A DNA stretch of 64,000 bases from Marsupella aquatica (taxonomy: Eukaryota; Plantae; Marchantiophyta): assembly GCA_973895155.1 (NCBI GenBank), contig OZ316891.1, forward strand, positions 13,733,037 through 13,797,036, read 5' to 3'. Position numbers and translations under genes: made by a program. Numbering within the stretch: the first letter of the stretch is position 1; each line of letters starts with the position of its first letter. The notes under the pieces are model-generated. The model was not told where the DNA came from. It saw only the letters and a list, made by a program, of their open reading frames with translations, and did no database searches. This document shows, piece by piece, positions 31,121-43,078 of this stretch.

Positions 31121-32668
31121 CCTGACTCTTGGGAAGATGAAGAGGGCAAAAGGGGTGGGGACTACCCGGGAGTAACTGTGGGACAAATTCTTTCCCAGTA
31201 TTAAATGCCACAGCATGGGCAGTCAGGCTACTTATATATTATTCCCGTGACAGGCTACTGTCGTTAGAATTATTCCCTACTGAACGGGAGAACCGGGAGG
31301 GCGTCCTAATTCTCACCATGATTGCGCAGGAACTTCGGTCTACGCTACAGGGGTCACATGAAACACGTCCTCCGTGCTCGAGACAAATTTTCCTAGGGGG
31401 AGGGGAGGACCGAGGAAGGGTGTGTTTCATGAGTGGAGTATCGTCCAGAACTGGGTATGATTGAGCGATGGAGATTAGCCTGGCAGATCGTCTCGTTAGG
31501 TCAAGATTGCGTCTCGGCAAAAGCGCTTCGAGAGTACCGCTGCGAAATAATGGTGGAGATTTAGATTCGATCAGCAATTGAAAACATGCACTGAACTGTT
31601 GATAACATGCTGTTGTTGTATTTATTCCGGATCCCAACTAAGGTCTCAAGAGGACCGCAATTGTTGGAACAGTACATTAAAAAATCGTCGCTCAGACCTA
31701 AAACAGAAGGTCGGTGCAAGCTTTCAGACACAGTCGCCAGCTGCTGAGATCTGAGCTGTGTATGCACAACTGCACTGGAGTACCTGCACCCGACACCGAG
31801 CGCAAGATCAACTGGCGATGTCTCTGCCCAGCCGCTGCATACTGTGAAACTGTTCATTTCGTGTAAACGAAAACCTGCAGACGTGTATTCTGCAGAATGC
31901 TACCACTATTATCCCTTCTGAGTTTGGAGTAGGGAAGAGAGAATCTAAGCGCCTGCTCGAATGATGTCCGCAACTGAATGGGACGAAATGTATCGGTCGA
32001 CCGCCTCCAGCAGATCCTTCTAAGAAGACATTCGTGAACTGCCCCTCTCCCCGCCGCTTGGAAGCGGACGATTGTGTGAATGTCACGACTAAGTTGTCGC
32101 CCGTCCGAGAAATGTCATGCGAATTTGGAAATTGCGACTACCACCGCTATGAAACCCGGGCGTTGATGGCCCTGGGCCGGTGACTAAGTGACGAACGTAT
32201 CAAGAGACTAGGTGACGAACGTATCAAGAGACAGCAGAAGGTAGGGTGAGGTGCAAGCTCTCACAACTCCCCCGTGCAGTATTCAGAGTCCTGATCGACA
32301 GCACTGACGCTGTCGACGACCAACACCACGGCTGCTGAAACTTGAACGCGGAGAAGCTCGAGAATAGTCAGTGAAATGTGATGTCGTAAGAATCATAAGC
32401 GCCATGAGTGCATCATTCTACATTCTCATGATTAGGTTGCACCGGCAACTACTTACATGATTTATCACGGCTTGCCCTTCCCACCCACATGATATGAGGA
32501 CACCCGGCCCAATCGAATTCATCACTGCCTTCCCGAATCGAGCGAAATTGTGCCGGCTTCAGATTTTCCGTGCGCTCGTAAGTGATGAGTAATAATGGCC
32601 AAACGAGTTAGAATCATTGAAACTACTAGTATCTTCCGAAGACTACTGGCCAACAAAACGAAATCGTA

Positions 32669-32866
32669 TCAGGTCAGCCTCGCTCTTTTCGTAGGGTGCA
32701 CAAAGCAAGATTCAACAGAAGTAGCGGGTGCCTTGGCAGGCGACGATTGTATGCGTTTCCTGATCAGCCTCTCCTTCATGTAACTCAGCCCATGGTGCCA
32801 CACGAATGCCTTGACGCTAAGGAACATCTGGTCCGCTGATACCATTTTCTGGGAGATCTCTCCCAT
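32669..32866 (-). CDS. candidate small protein, 65 aa, unknown family, C-terminal NLS-like PTKRARL
   Basis: ATG follows a (GA)n leader in a non-repetitive, CpG-rich island. TATA-like sequence lies at ~33080-33100 on the minus strand. No family recognised. Confidence 0.4.
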   Translation of the reverse strand: MGEISQKMVSADQMFLSVKAFVWHHGLSYMKERLIRKRIQSSPAKAPATSVESCFVHPTKRARLT

Positions 32867-34299
32867 CTCTCTCTCTCCTCGGCGGTTTTCCTCTCCCAGT
32901 CCTCGAAAAATATCACGCAAAGTACCGTATTAATCGGACCGATCCACGCCAGTACGAATGCTCCTTCGTATCGTGCTTGCCGAGGTTGGATTGGACTAGC
33001 AATCCAATCCAAGAGAGAGCTGTTGCCTCGACAGAACAGGTTGCAGGCAGGCAGGGACAAGTGAACCGGCTGCACATAGATATATGCGTAGTATACATAA
33101 GGCCGTCGCATGGAGACGACGAGTCCAAGAATTCCGGTACATGTGAATCGCAACCGTGTCGACGACTGTCGACCTCCGCAGAAGTGGTGTGGCAGGTAGC
33201 TACTCCAGCTGCCTCCCTTGCAGGCGTGCTGTGCTCCTTCTTCGGGTTTCCGAATTTGACTTGGTGGAGGAGGTCGCACTAGGCCTACAGTAGTACTACT
33301 AGAGTGTCGACACCACCACTGTTGTAGCTTCCCGCGGTGCTGTGCTTCTTCTGCTGCGCCATGCGCTGCGTTCGCTTCTTCCCAAGAGTTCGATACGATC
33401 CCTGGATTCGGAGCAGCGGAGACGCGAAAGGCGCAGTCCAGCGAGGGCAAGCGAGTAAGCGACAATGATGGTAGAGTTTCCCAAACGGATCAGCCGACGA
33501 AAGGACGCGGAATCGGTGCGAAAGTGCCGTCTCTGACGAGATCACGCGGATTCCAGAAGCTGTGGAATCATGTCTTTCTCGTGAGCTGCCGAAGTGCCGA
33601 GTAGTTATTCACTTATTCGGAACCCGCGACCGAAGTTCAAGTGCAGTGTGTAAAAAGTCTGCGTCGCAACAAAACAGAACAACAGCACTGACATGACTAC
33701 CTTAGTGCGTAGTGCCATCCCTGCTCGCGCAGTACCTGCGCCGCGCTACATTCATTATTTTCCATTTTAATAATACGGAAAGGCCACGGAAAGTGAAAGC
33801 CGAGATGGGCCACCATGTTGGACAGAGTGCTCACGTGGACCACATTTTGGTGGTCCATCTGAGTTTTGGGGCCTTTAAATTGATGATTATGACTCTTAAA
33901 AATAATTTTAAAATTTTCACATGCAAGGGCAACTAGAGAAGGAGAGGACGTTAAGAAAGAAAAGCCCTAATACTTCATATTAACACTATGAAAATTAATC
34001 TAATAGAATTTATCACTCGGCATTCCATGATGAAGAAGTGAACCAAAATGGTCAAAAATTCATTGTCACTTTTATAGAAGTGTAGCTTGCCTACTCCTCT
34101 AGCACATACTCAAAAATAAAAAATTATTTGAATATATGATCATCAAATTATTATAACTAAACTCAGATTTGGGTAAATGTGATCCATGGGGATTTCAAAC
34201 CACCAAACTTAAGTTGCAGTCCATGGGAGCATCACTTTCCAAGGCCAGGTCTCTCAACTTATCTTCTTTTCTTGTCTAGAAAGGATATAGTATTATTTT

Positions 34300-34730
34300 T
34301 GTCTAGAAAGGAAACAAGGAAGATCAACCAAGAAGAACACTTAGTAACTCTCCCCACCCCAATAGTGTCATAAGTCCATTGTAGGGAACCCATTTCAGGG
34401 TGAGCCCTCATGGACCCAACAAGGATCTGCACCAGGAGAGAGAGATGATTAAATAGGATCACAAAGACATTCATTCGTTGCAGGGAACACATTTCAGGGT
34501 GAGCCCCCAAAGATTCGACAGGAACCCGCACCAAGAGGGAGAGAGTATTAAACCAGGGTCACAAAGTGGGCAACCAAGGGCCGAGCAGATAATCAGAACT
34601 CCTACCCACTACCCTCAAAACCCATCACACCTGCACATATAACTTCCATACCTGGGACCCCTCAAATCCAGGCTAATTCCCTAGCCAACTGATCTATGCC
34701 AGTGGTTAAATATTGCAATCCTAGACTATT
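34300..34730 (-). repeat. inverted copy of the 29815-30500 repeat family
   Basis: GGAACCCATTTCAGGGTGAGCCC and CAGGGTCACAAAGTGGGCAACCAAGGGCC are reverse complements (diverged) of motifs at 29925-30030. Confidence 0.7.
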
Positions 34731-35674
34731 TTGATTCTTTCAATTATTTGAGGAAATAAGGCAAGGCAAGGCCAGGCCTCTCAATTCTCAAAGAAAATTT
34801 TAGTCTATCAATTGAGGTATATTAATTTACGTATAGGACACTTACAGTCCGGGCACAGGTTCACTAGGCTGAAAACCTATGATCCGAAAAGCTGACCAGT
34901 GGAAGCTTATCATTCTGGGAGCATAGTTCAGACTAGAACTCCATTCCAAACCGTCCGTATAGTCTGCAAATATAGTATGGAAAAATGTTAACGTCATGAC
35001 TTTCCGGGCAGAAGATTATGGAAATAGAAAGGACCTCCAAAAATGGTTAGACACCTGTTTCTTCCTTAGCAAATTTAGCATTTGATGGACCCCCCAAAAT
35101 GAAAAGTGTTACATGATGGGACCCCTGAGTGATTCAGACCACTAATAGACATTAATAAGTCAAAGCCCAGAGCCTCAGGGGTCCCATCAAGTATCTGGGG
35201 TCGATTAGACAAACAATGATTCTCATTGAAACTACTAGGGAGTCTTAAAAGCTTAGCAATACTAGTCTCAATGCTTGGCAGTACCACGATAAAGTGTATA
35301 TTAACTCAAAAATTATGGGAACTCCTAGACTACCTTAGTCTGTAGTGCCATCCCTGTCCGCGCAGGACCTGGACTGCAATACATTGATTATTTTTCATTT
35401 TAATAAATAAGGCAAGGCCATGGCAGGTCTCTCAATTCTCAATAAAATCCAATTCTTTCAATTCTCAACAAAACATGATTCTACTACAGCGTCTCAAAGC
35501 TCATCAACATGCACCAGTCTCAATGCTTGGTGGTACAAGGATTACATCTACCCTAATTCAATCATGAAGAACTCCAAGAAAAGTTGTGAGAGCCAATCTT
35601 TGGCTACTGTATGGAAAACCCACGGGCTCAACATTTAACCAACAACCTTAACAACTTTCCCATAATTTTATGCT

Positions 35675-35720
35675 CAGTTGCAACTTTCCGGAAATCTGGA
35701 AATCCGGAAAGTTGCAACTG
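35675..35720. repeat. perfect 18-bp inverted repeat with 10-nt loop
   Basis: CAGTTGCAACTTTCCGGA-AATCTGGAAA-TCCGGAAAGTTGCAACTG. Confidence 0.9.
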
Positions 35721-38700
35721 CGCTGGCTTTGAGCTTGACGTGGTGGTGGCTTTGCATTTTGGGTGATGGACAACCGAGAATGAAAGAAAAATGATATGTG
35801 CCATCATATTAAGATGAAGCCATAACCCCTGTCTTTATGGGGTGGGCAATGCTGCCTCCTCCCATTTTAAAAAATCCTTAATTGGATCCAATAACCAAAG
35901 TTATGGGATGTACCATGAATTTTTTAACTTTTGGTCATGGACTAATAGGTTCATGGGAAAGCTCTTTCCAAGCCTTGTCTCACAACCCAAGAAAATAAAT
36001 TCTATTGGATATCCAAGCAGATAATGAATGTCAAATTTTGGAAGCCTAAAGTGCGGATAGTGTCCTATGGAGTGGTCTTTAAAAATTCATAACTCTCTCA
36101 ATTCTTCATGAAAAGTACTGTGGAGGTATCAGACTTGCAAGAGAGGTCTTTTTAAGCCACTTCTAAGGAGCCCAAGAATAGTCAATTCTGCTAGATAGAA
36201 AAGGAGATATTGAAAGTCAGACTTGCTATTAAGAAATTTTTTGAAAAGAGAAGGGTGTCAATGAGTGACGATGTAAAAGTCATGACGGTCCATGGGGGTT
36301 GCATATTTCATGGGCTCCGTCCATGGGAGCATCACTTCCGACAAGCCATTATTTTTCATTTGAATGAAATTAAAGGCAACCACAGAATATTGAAATTTGC
36401 ACCATCACAATCTCTGTGTTCTCTTTTATTTGAGATTTTGCTCACGATGCAAATGTGTGCAATCTGTCTAGTATTCTTTGAAATAAGTCTCCCTTCATTG
36501 TTCGGTTGATTAAATTGCTTTGGGCCCACTTTTTGCTCCAAATAGTGTAATGCACAAATTGGGATCAGTGCCTTCTTTACAAATGGAATAGGTCTTACCC
36601 TAATGTTATTGAATGCACACAATATTAGTGCTAGTCCCTAATTAACACTTGTAACTCTAATTGAAGAGTAATAACAGCAATTCTGGGCTACACAAGTGGT
36701 GTTAGCAAGACCAATTAGGTCACTACCCTCCTCACCATTATTAGGCTTAATTACACACCATTTAGTGTAACATACAGTTATAATTAGTTAGGCTAATTTA
36801 AGTGACCAAGCCTATTGTGACAAAAATAATTGTAATTATCTCTCTTTTTGCACCGTGAATAATAATTATTCCATATTCTATATTTATTTTTATGACTGTT
36901 AGGGAAGGTCCCCATAGACGAGTGGCCCACAGACAAAAACAATGGCAATTTGATAAACAGAAAAAAATGGTAGAGTGCAGGGTGTGCTAATGACTAAAAT
37001 TTGGATTACCTCTTGTGGTATGATTTTGAAGGATACTTATGGCTAAAATTTATAGTACCTCTTGAGGTGGATCTGGAAGGGCTTTCTCTTGGTCTCTAGG
37101 ACAATGGAATCTTATCACCACCCTCTTTGGTCAGGACGCAGTCTAACTCGCCCATTTGACAGTGTAAGGTAGAACACACGCGAGAGGTTCATTTCTCATG
37201 TAAAGCCAAGTAGCTATAGCTTTACACAAACAGGGAATCATTGTGCTAACGTTTTCCCATAACAATTCACCGACACCCAAATCAAAATAGTAGAAAGGAA
37301 TCAATGACTAAGGAGAGTCAGGAATCCCTGTCATAAGATCAACAATAAAAAAAGTGCTAGCGAAGGGGGCTTTACAAGAATTGGGGGGCACAAATACTTA
37401 CTTTTCATCCATTGCATGCATACACTAGTTAAAAATGCTAGAGTCAATATGTGTCAGGTAGAGAATGAATGCAAGATCCTGAATAGAAATGTACCAAGGA
37501 AAAGAAAGCAAAACCCAAAATGGAACAAGGGATGCATTATTTTGACCACCTCAAGAATGAGGGGTCCAAGATTTTGAAAAAAAAAAGCTTGGCCACATCA
37601 GCAGAAAAAGGGTCCTACAAGGGACCCACTAGCAAGTGACTAGGATAGGTACTGGTTTTGCCAGATTGTGCACGCCAGTGCAAGTACAGGGTAGTCAGGT
37701 TTGTTCACTCATTTTGAATGGCTAAGATTGCATCTCACACATAGGAAAAAGGACAGGCTTATGAGTTATTGGAAAGCCAAAAAGTGAGATTTCCTCCAGG
37801 TCCATGTAGTGGTCTGAAAAACAGACTCAAGGACATGACACTTAAACACAGGTAAACACAAGAATAGTGGGAACCACTGCAATCTATCGATAAACGTTCA
37901 CACCAAATGGCCTCTTCTAGTAAGGTCAAGAAGTACCACCCACTTGAAAAGAACAGCGTAATCTCAATCTCCAAAAAGGTGAAGTTCAAATAAAGAGTTT
38001 GTTTAGCACTGCAAGCAATTGCTTTTTGCCCTAAATGTAGTTCATGATAGGGAACTTACACATGTGGAGGGTCCAGGCAACAGACTTTTCTGTGGAATGT
38101 AACATAGAGCATAATGTTTTTTTTTTGGTTGTGTGTGTGTGTGTTGTGGGGGGTGGGGGGGAAGGGGGTGGTCTGAAAAAGGCAACTCCCCATGGAACCG
38201 GGAGGGTGGCTCACCTATCCTCCCCCCAACTCTGTTCAGAGTAGGTGGCTAGTTAAAGCTTATCTCGAAGGAACTGTTGGCCTTGAATGGTCCTTCTATG
38301 ACTCATGGTAGGGAGGATATGTTGAAGTACGAGATCTGAAACCACAATTGAACATGAGTGGCCCACACTCATTTGTTCCACCTTGTATACAGGATGTTCT
38401 GGTCCACTTAAGGAGGTGCTCCTGGAAATTACTGTCCTTTTGTGATGCCTCGCAAATGGATTTGTGAAAGTATTAGGCCAACATCCTACTAAATTGACAA
38501 GCATAATTGGATGGAACTATTGTATAGTCGTCTGGTCAGATCTTTGAGTACTCTCTTTCGTTTGGCATACAGTTAAAAAAACTTTTTAGGACGAGTATGG
38601 CTATTAGGTTGTCTGGAAGTCATGATGTAAGTTTTGATCACAGTTGGTCTTGCAAAAGATTGTGTAATCTCAAACCACATGTCCTGTACTGTGGTTTTAG

Positions 38701-39284
38701 ACTAACGGGAGAAAACATAGCACAATCTTTACTTCTGTTTTTTGGGGTTACGAATAGGCAAGTGAAGGTTTCCAGTCAATCCTGAATGCCAAGCTTTGCT
38801 AGTAAGAAGAGGGTGAGTAGCTACTATCTCCCTACATTGTGCTCGTTTGCAGTTTGTTTTTCACCCCACCCCAACCATCTCCCTCCGTCATGCTCGTTTC
38901 CAGGTCATTTTTCACCCACCCCCACCATTAGTTTTGCTCCCAGGGTCAGTCTAGAGGCTTTACTCTAGACCATAGGCCCCTCCCTAGCTTTTGCTGGTGT
39001 CTTAAGATAGATTTACCACAATGCCACCTTGGTGTACTTGCTGTGAACTCTGAATTTTCTTTGTAGATGTCACATCTCTGCGTCCACCTTTTATTATGCT
39101 TCTATCACATTGGCTTTCTTTATTCAGGTTTTGTTAGTTATTCAGGTTTTCTTGCCAAAATAGGGTAAACCTGATAGGGTTTTCTTGCCAAAATGACAAA
39201 ACACTGAAACTGTACTTGATGTCCCGAGCTTCGATATCTTCCTGTTTCCGATGGAAATGACACCTCGAAGCTATTGCAGAATAA

Positions 39285-39700
39285 AGAGATTTGACACTTT
39301 AACCTTGGCCCCTTTTACCACCAAAGATAGATGACACTTCTTTCCCCTCTAAGATAAGAGACTTGACACTTTAACATTGGCCCTTTTTACCACTAAAGAT
39401 AGATTTGACACTTTTTTTCTCCCTCGAAGACAGCTGAAAAAGAGATTTGACACTTTAACATTGGCCCTTTTTTACAACTGGATAGATTTGGTACTTTTTT
39501 TCCACTCGGAATCAACTGGAAAAATTGAAATTTGACACTTCAACATTGGCACTCGTAAAATAAATAGATTTGACACTTTTTCCTCCTCGAAAGCAAGTGA
39601 GAAAGAGATTTGACACTTTAACATCGGCGCTTTTTCACTAAAGAGAGATTTGACACGTCTTCCCTTCGAAAGATACTGAAGAAGTGAATTTGACACTACA
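39285..39700. repeat. tandem array of ~40/85-bp units with core GATTTGACACTTT
   Basis: About 10 copies of AGATTTGACACT, alternating with TAACATTGGCCCTTTT and TTCCCTCGAA spacers. Confidence 0.8.
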
Positions 39701-40426
39701 AACTTGCCCAGTTTTTACAGTAAACGTTGGTGGGTCCTGCCCAATTGCATGTTGTTATTCCACTTCACTCACGACCAGCCTTCCTCTGCTCTGTCCCTTG
39801 CAAATTTGTGGTACACAGCCGAGCTCCTCGGCCATCCAACTCGCAACTCAAGTGTTGTAATGTCCTTATCTCTCCAGCAAGATTGTCGTCTTCGTGAACG
39901 AGATGATTTTGCAAGTCGACATTACGTTCGATGGGAGATCTTACCAGTTGCACAGTGATCAGTGTTATCTTCAAGAATATTTTACAACACTGGTGTTTGG
40001 CAGACGATCACTTTCTCTGACGGGGTACTCTGAAAGAGTTCATTAAATGACCAGCTCCCGGAGGACCATCTCTGCTGAATGAATGTCCGAGCGGATATCT
40101 GAAAGATTTGATTAGGTGACCAACTCCTGGAGGGCCATCTCTGCTGAACGAATCTCCAAGTCGCAAACCAAGTTAACAAAAGCCACTGCATAAATACTGC
40201 CTATCATCAAGTATCCAAGCTTTGGAAGCAGGTTACATGGACTCCAAGGGGTTGTAGGGGCCGGCAATTAGAACACCAAGAGGATGACATTTTATCACAG
40301 GACAATTGAGGCAGTCAAGCCACAAAATTTGAGTGATTGACACCCCAGGGAGAGAAGTTTACCTGACTGGATGATCCAGATTTGAAGTTTCTTGTTCCCA
40401 TGTTCTCTAAAAGGTCCAATTCAGAT

Positions 40427-40580
40427 CAAGAATAGACTTAACAGGACCCCTCTCGCCATCTCCTGGACTTAACAGTCCAGCAAGATGCCATGAAGACTTA
40501 ACAAGACTCCCCCTAACTGCCTATTTTGCCCAGGTCTTCATGGCATTTTACTCACAAGGGTCCTGTTAAGTCTTTTCTTG
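40427..40580. mobile_element. small MITE-like / foldback element
   Basis: Terminal IR CAAGAATAGACTTAACAGGACCC / GGGTCCTGTTAAGTCTTTTCTTG (22/23 match), plus internal IR TGCCATGAAGAC / GTCTTCATGGCA. Confidence 0.6.
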
Positions 40581-41019
40581 TTTTCCTATTAATCCACGCT
40601 CTGTAATGTACTTGCACGAGATTCTATAAGGATGATTACTATACGACAAAAGTCAGTGACGGGTCAGTGCTTGGCCAGAACGGCAAGCTTTAATGCACAC
40701 GGGTCCTGAATTTCATTACGTTCAGATGATCGAAACTCAGCAATTTTCAGGAGATCTATCTGGAGTTTGATACTTGGGGGTTGCTAGACTCTGAAAGTCA
40801 TGTGCTTACGACCCAGCCACTGACGGAAATTTAAAACAGAATCAGTCCACGAGTTGTGAAGCGTGCAAAACCACCTGACGCTTTGGCCACATTCCGTGTA
40901 TCACAATGTCACGTCCTTCTTCCTGGTTGCCTCTAAAAATTCAACGCAAACCTCAACCAAGGTGACCTTTCCACCATGATTGATTACAAGTTGCAACACA
41001 ATGTAGACAAACGTGAGAT

Positions 41020-41420
41020 TTATGACAGAGTGGATCAGTGCTTAAGATACACAAAGGGCGTCTTCTTCAAACCTGGATAGCTTTAAATTCCTCAAAATTA
41101 GTAAAAGACTCTTGGGCCACATGGTTTGGGTTGGGGCCTGCAGGGGAGGGGAGGCTTGGGGAGCCCCGAAAGTGAGTATCTTACAATGTGATACTGGATG
41201 GGCAGAGGTACCAGCCTGAATCAAAAGTATAGGTTACTTTTATCAAAGATAAAAGTGGATTTTGTAGTTAAACCTAGATAGCTTTAAGTTCCTCAACAGT
41301 AGTAAAAGACTCTTGAGCGAGTGCCCTTTGGGTCATATGGTTGGGGTTGGGGTCTGCTGGAGGGGGGGGGGGGGGGGGGGGGGCTTGAGGAGCCCCCAAA
41401 AGTGCGTACCTTGTGAATGT
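41020..41420 (+). repeat. two tandem copies of the dispersed repeat seen at 14640-14830, with a long poly-G run
   Basis: Sequence similarity as described for copy 1. G-run at ~41362-41383. Confidence 0.7.
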
Positions 41421-41809
41421 GATACCGGATTGGGAGGGGAGGCAGTAGGGCTACTCACTAGCCCTAATAGGAGTAACTACTATTGTTATCTGTTGGTTTT
41501 AGTATATATGCTTGTGAAAGTAAAATATTTTGATACGCCTAAAAGGATTAAATATCCTTAATTAAATTGAAATGTGGAAAAAGGGGGAGGTCTTGGACAC
41601 TTCCCCTTATATAGGGGAAGTTGTGGTTTAAATTTAAAGCATGTTTCATCGAACAGGGGGGGTGTTGTAGGCAGAAGAGGCCTTGAGCACATTCATATTG
41701 ATCAAGAGCCACTTGCATCCTGGGAAATTTAATCCTATACAAATTAGTCCTGAACTGCTGACCTTAGTTTTGCAATCTTCCCAGGAACCTTGATCACTTC
41801 GCACTGAAA

Positions 41810-41946
41810 CAGCAGTCAGATCATTCTCGCCCCAGACCCTGGCCAGTGGGTATGTCCACCAAACTCAGAGCCCACTGAATCAGCAGTCAGATCATTCTCG
41901 CCCGAGACCCCGACCAATGGGTATGTCCACCAAACGCAGAGCCCAC
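41810..41946. repeat. 71-bp tandem duplication
   Basis: CAGCAGTCAGATCATTCTCGCCC...GGGTATGTCCACCAAAC.CAGAGCCCAC at 41810 and 41881. Confidence 0.85.
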
Positions 41947-43078
41947 ATGTTGAAATTGAAGTATAGTTATTCCAATAAAAAGAGAGAATGAGAGACATAG
42001 GGTAATTATAAAATGACTCATTAGTGTAAAACTGTATGGTATCATAGCAATAAGATTACAAATAATAAAAAGGTAAAGGTGACATAGAGTAAAGGTGACT
42101 TAGATTAGACGTAAGCACTTTCAGACGAGATACTTCTTTTAGGGACCAAAGACCTGATGAAGGGCACGAGACAAATGCCGGCCTAGTCGATGCTGATGTA
42201 ATGGAACAAACACAAACCCAGCACGTCTAAGCTCCAAAATTGCAATTTCAATTGATGATCATCTGAAACCTAACCAGCCGCAAACAGAATGCTGATCGAG
42301 GGAACAAAAATATCGAACATGTATAAGATGTGGTCGGACTTCAAATAATTACCCAGGTACGATTTTGGGCTTAGAAACCGAAGGGAAATCATGGATTCAC
42401 GGGTGATTGGATATCAATTTCTGGAGCAGAGCACTTATAATCATTTGTGCTTTGCTGTAAACGTAGAAAGCTTGCGGGAAACTCTGAAGTTGTATAGGGA
42501 CCCCAGTCTTCACAGCTTGGGCTCGACACGAACAAGCTAACATTAAGCTCGTTGTATAGCGGCCTTAGCCTTCACAGCTCGGACTCAACATGGATAAGCT
42601 AACACAAAGGTCAGTCTGACGTGCATGACTTTCGTCTATACAAAGGGTGCGGTGAACTGATCTGTATTCACCAGCAAAACATCTCTATATGCTCTAAAAC
42701 TCAGTGTATGATACATTATGAGGTCTTTCATCCCTCGGAATGTCGGACTAAGGAACATCTACAAGCTAAAGCTCAGTCCAACGTACACAGCGCTAATCTA
42801 GAAAATCTGTGTCTAGAATGGGTTCGAGTGGAGTGACCTAATCAAAAACAAAAATTCGGTAAAACTCCTATATCATTTGTATGGTACAATATGAGGGCTT
42901 TTTCAAGCCCTGTACTACCGAGTAAAGAATGGCTTACAAGGACGAGTTTGGGCTCATACATCCAGATCTGCAAACAGTTGTCTTCAGCCAAGCTTACAGC
43001 TAAGTCTTGGCTGGTCGACACTTTGGCAGAAGAAGTTTCCAGAGGCGGAGAATCGAACCCAGGGTAAAGGGAGCCGAG

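Noticed and set aside
33225-33355. miR529/miR156 site or precursor (GCTGTGCTCCTTCTTC, GCTGTGCTTCTTCT)
   Set aside because: Only partial similarity to the GCTGTGCTCTCTCTCTTC target and no matching hairpin.
43040-43070. tRNA gene suggested by GGGTTCGATTCTCC on the minus strand
   Set aside because: Only a B-box-like word just after the GAE stop codon. No A-box or cloverleaf.
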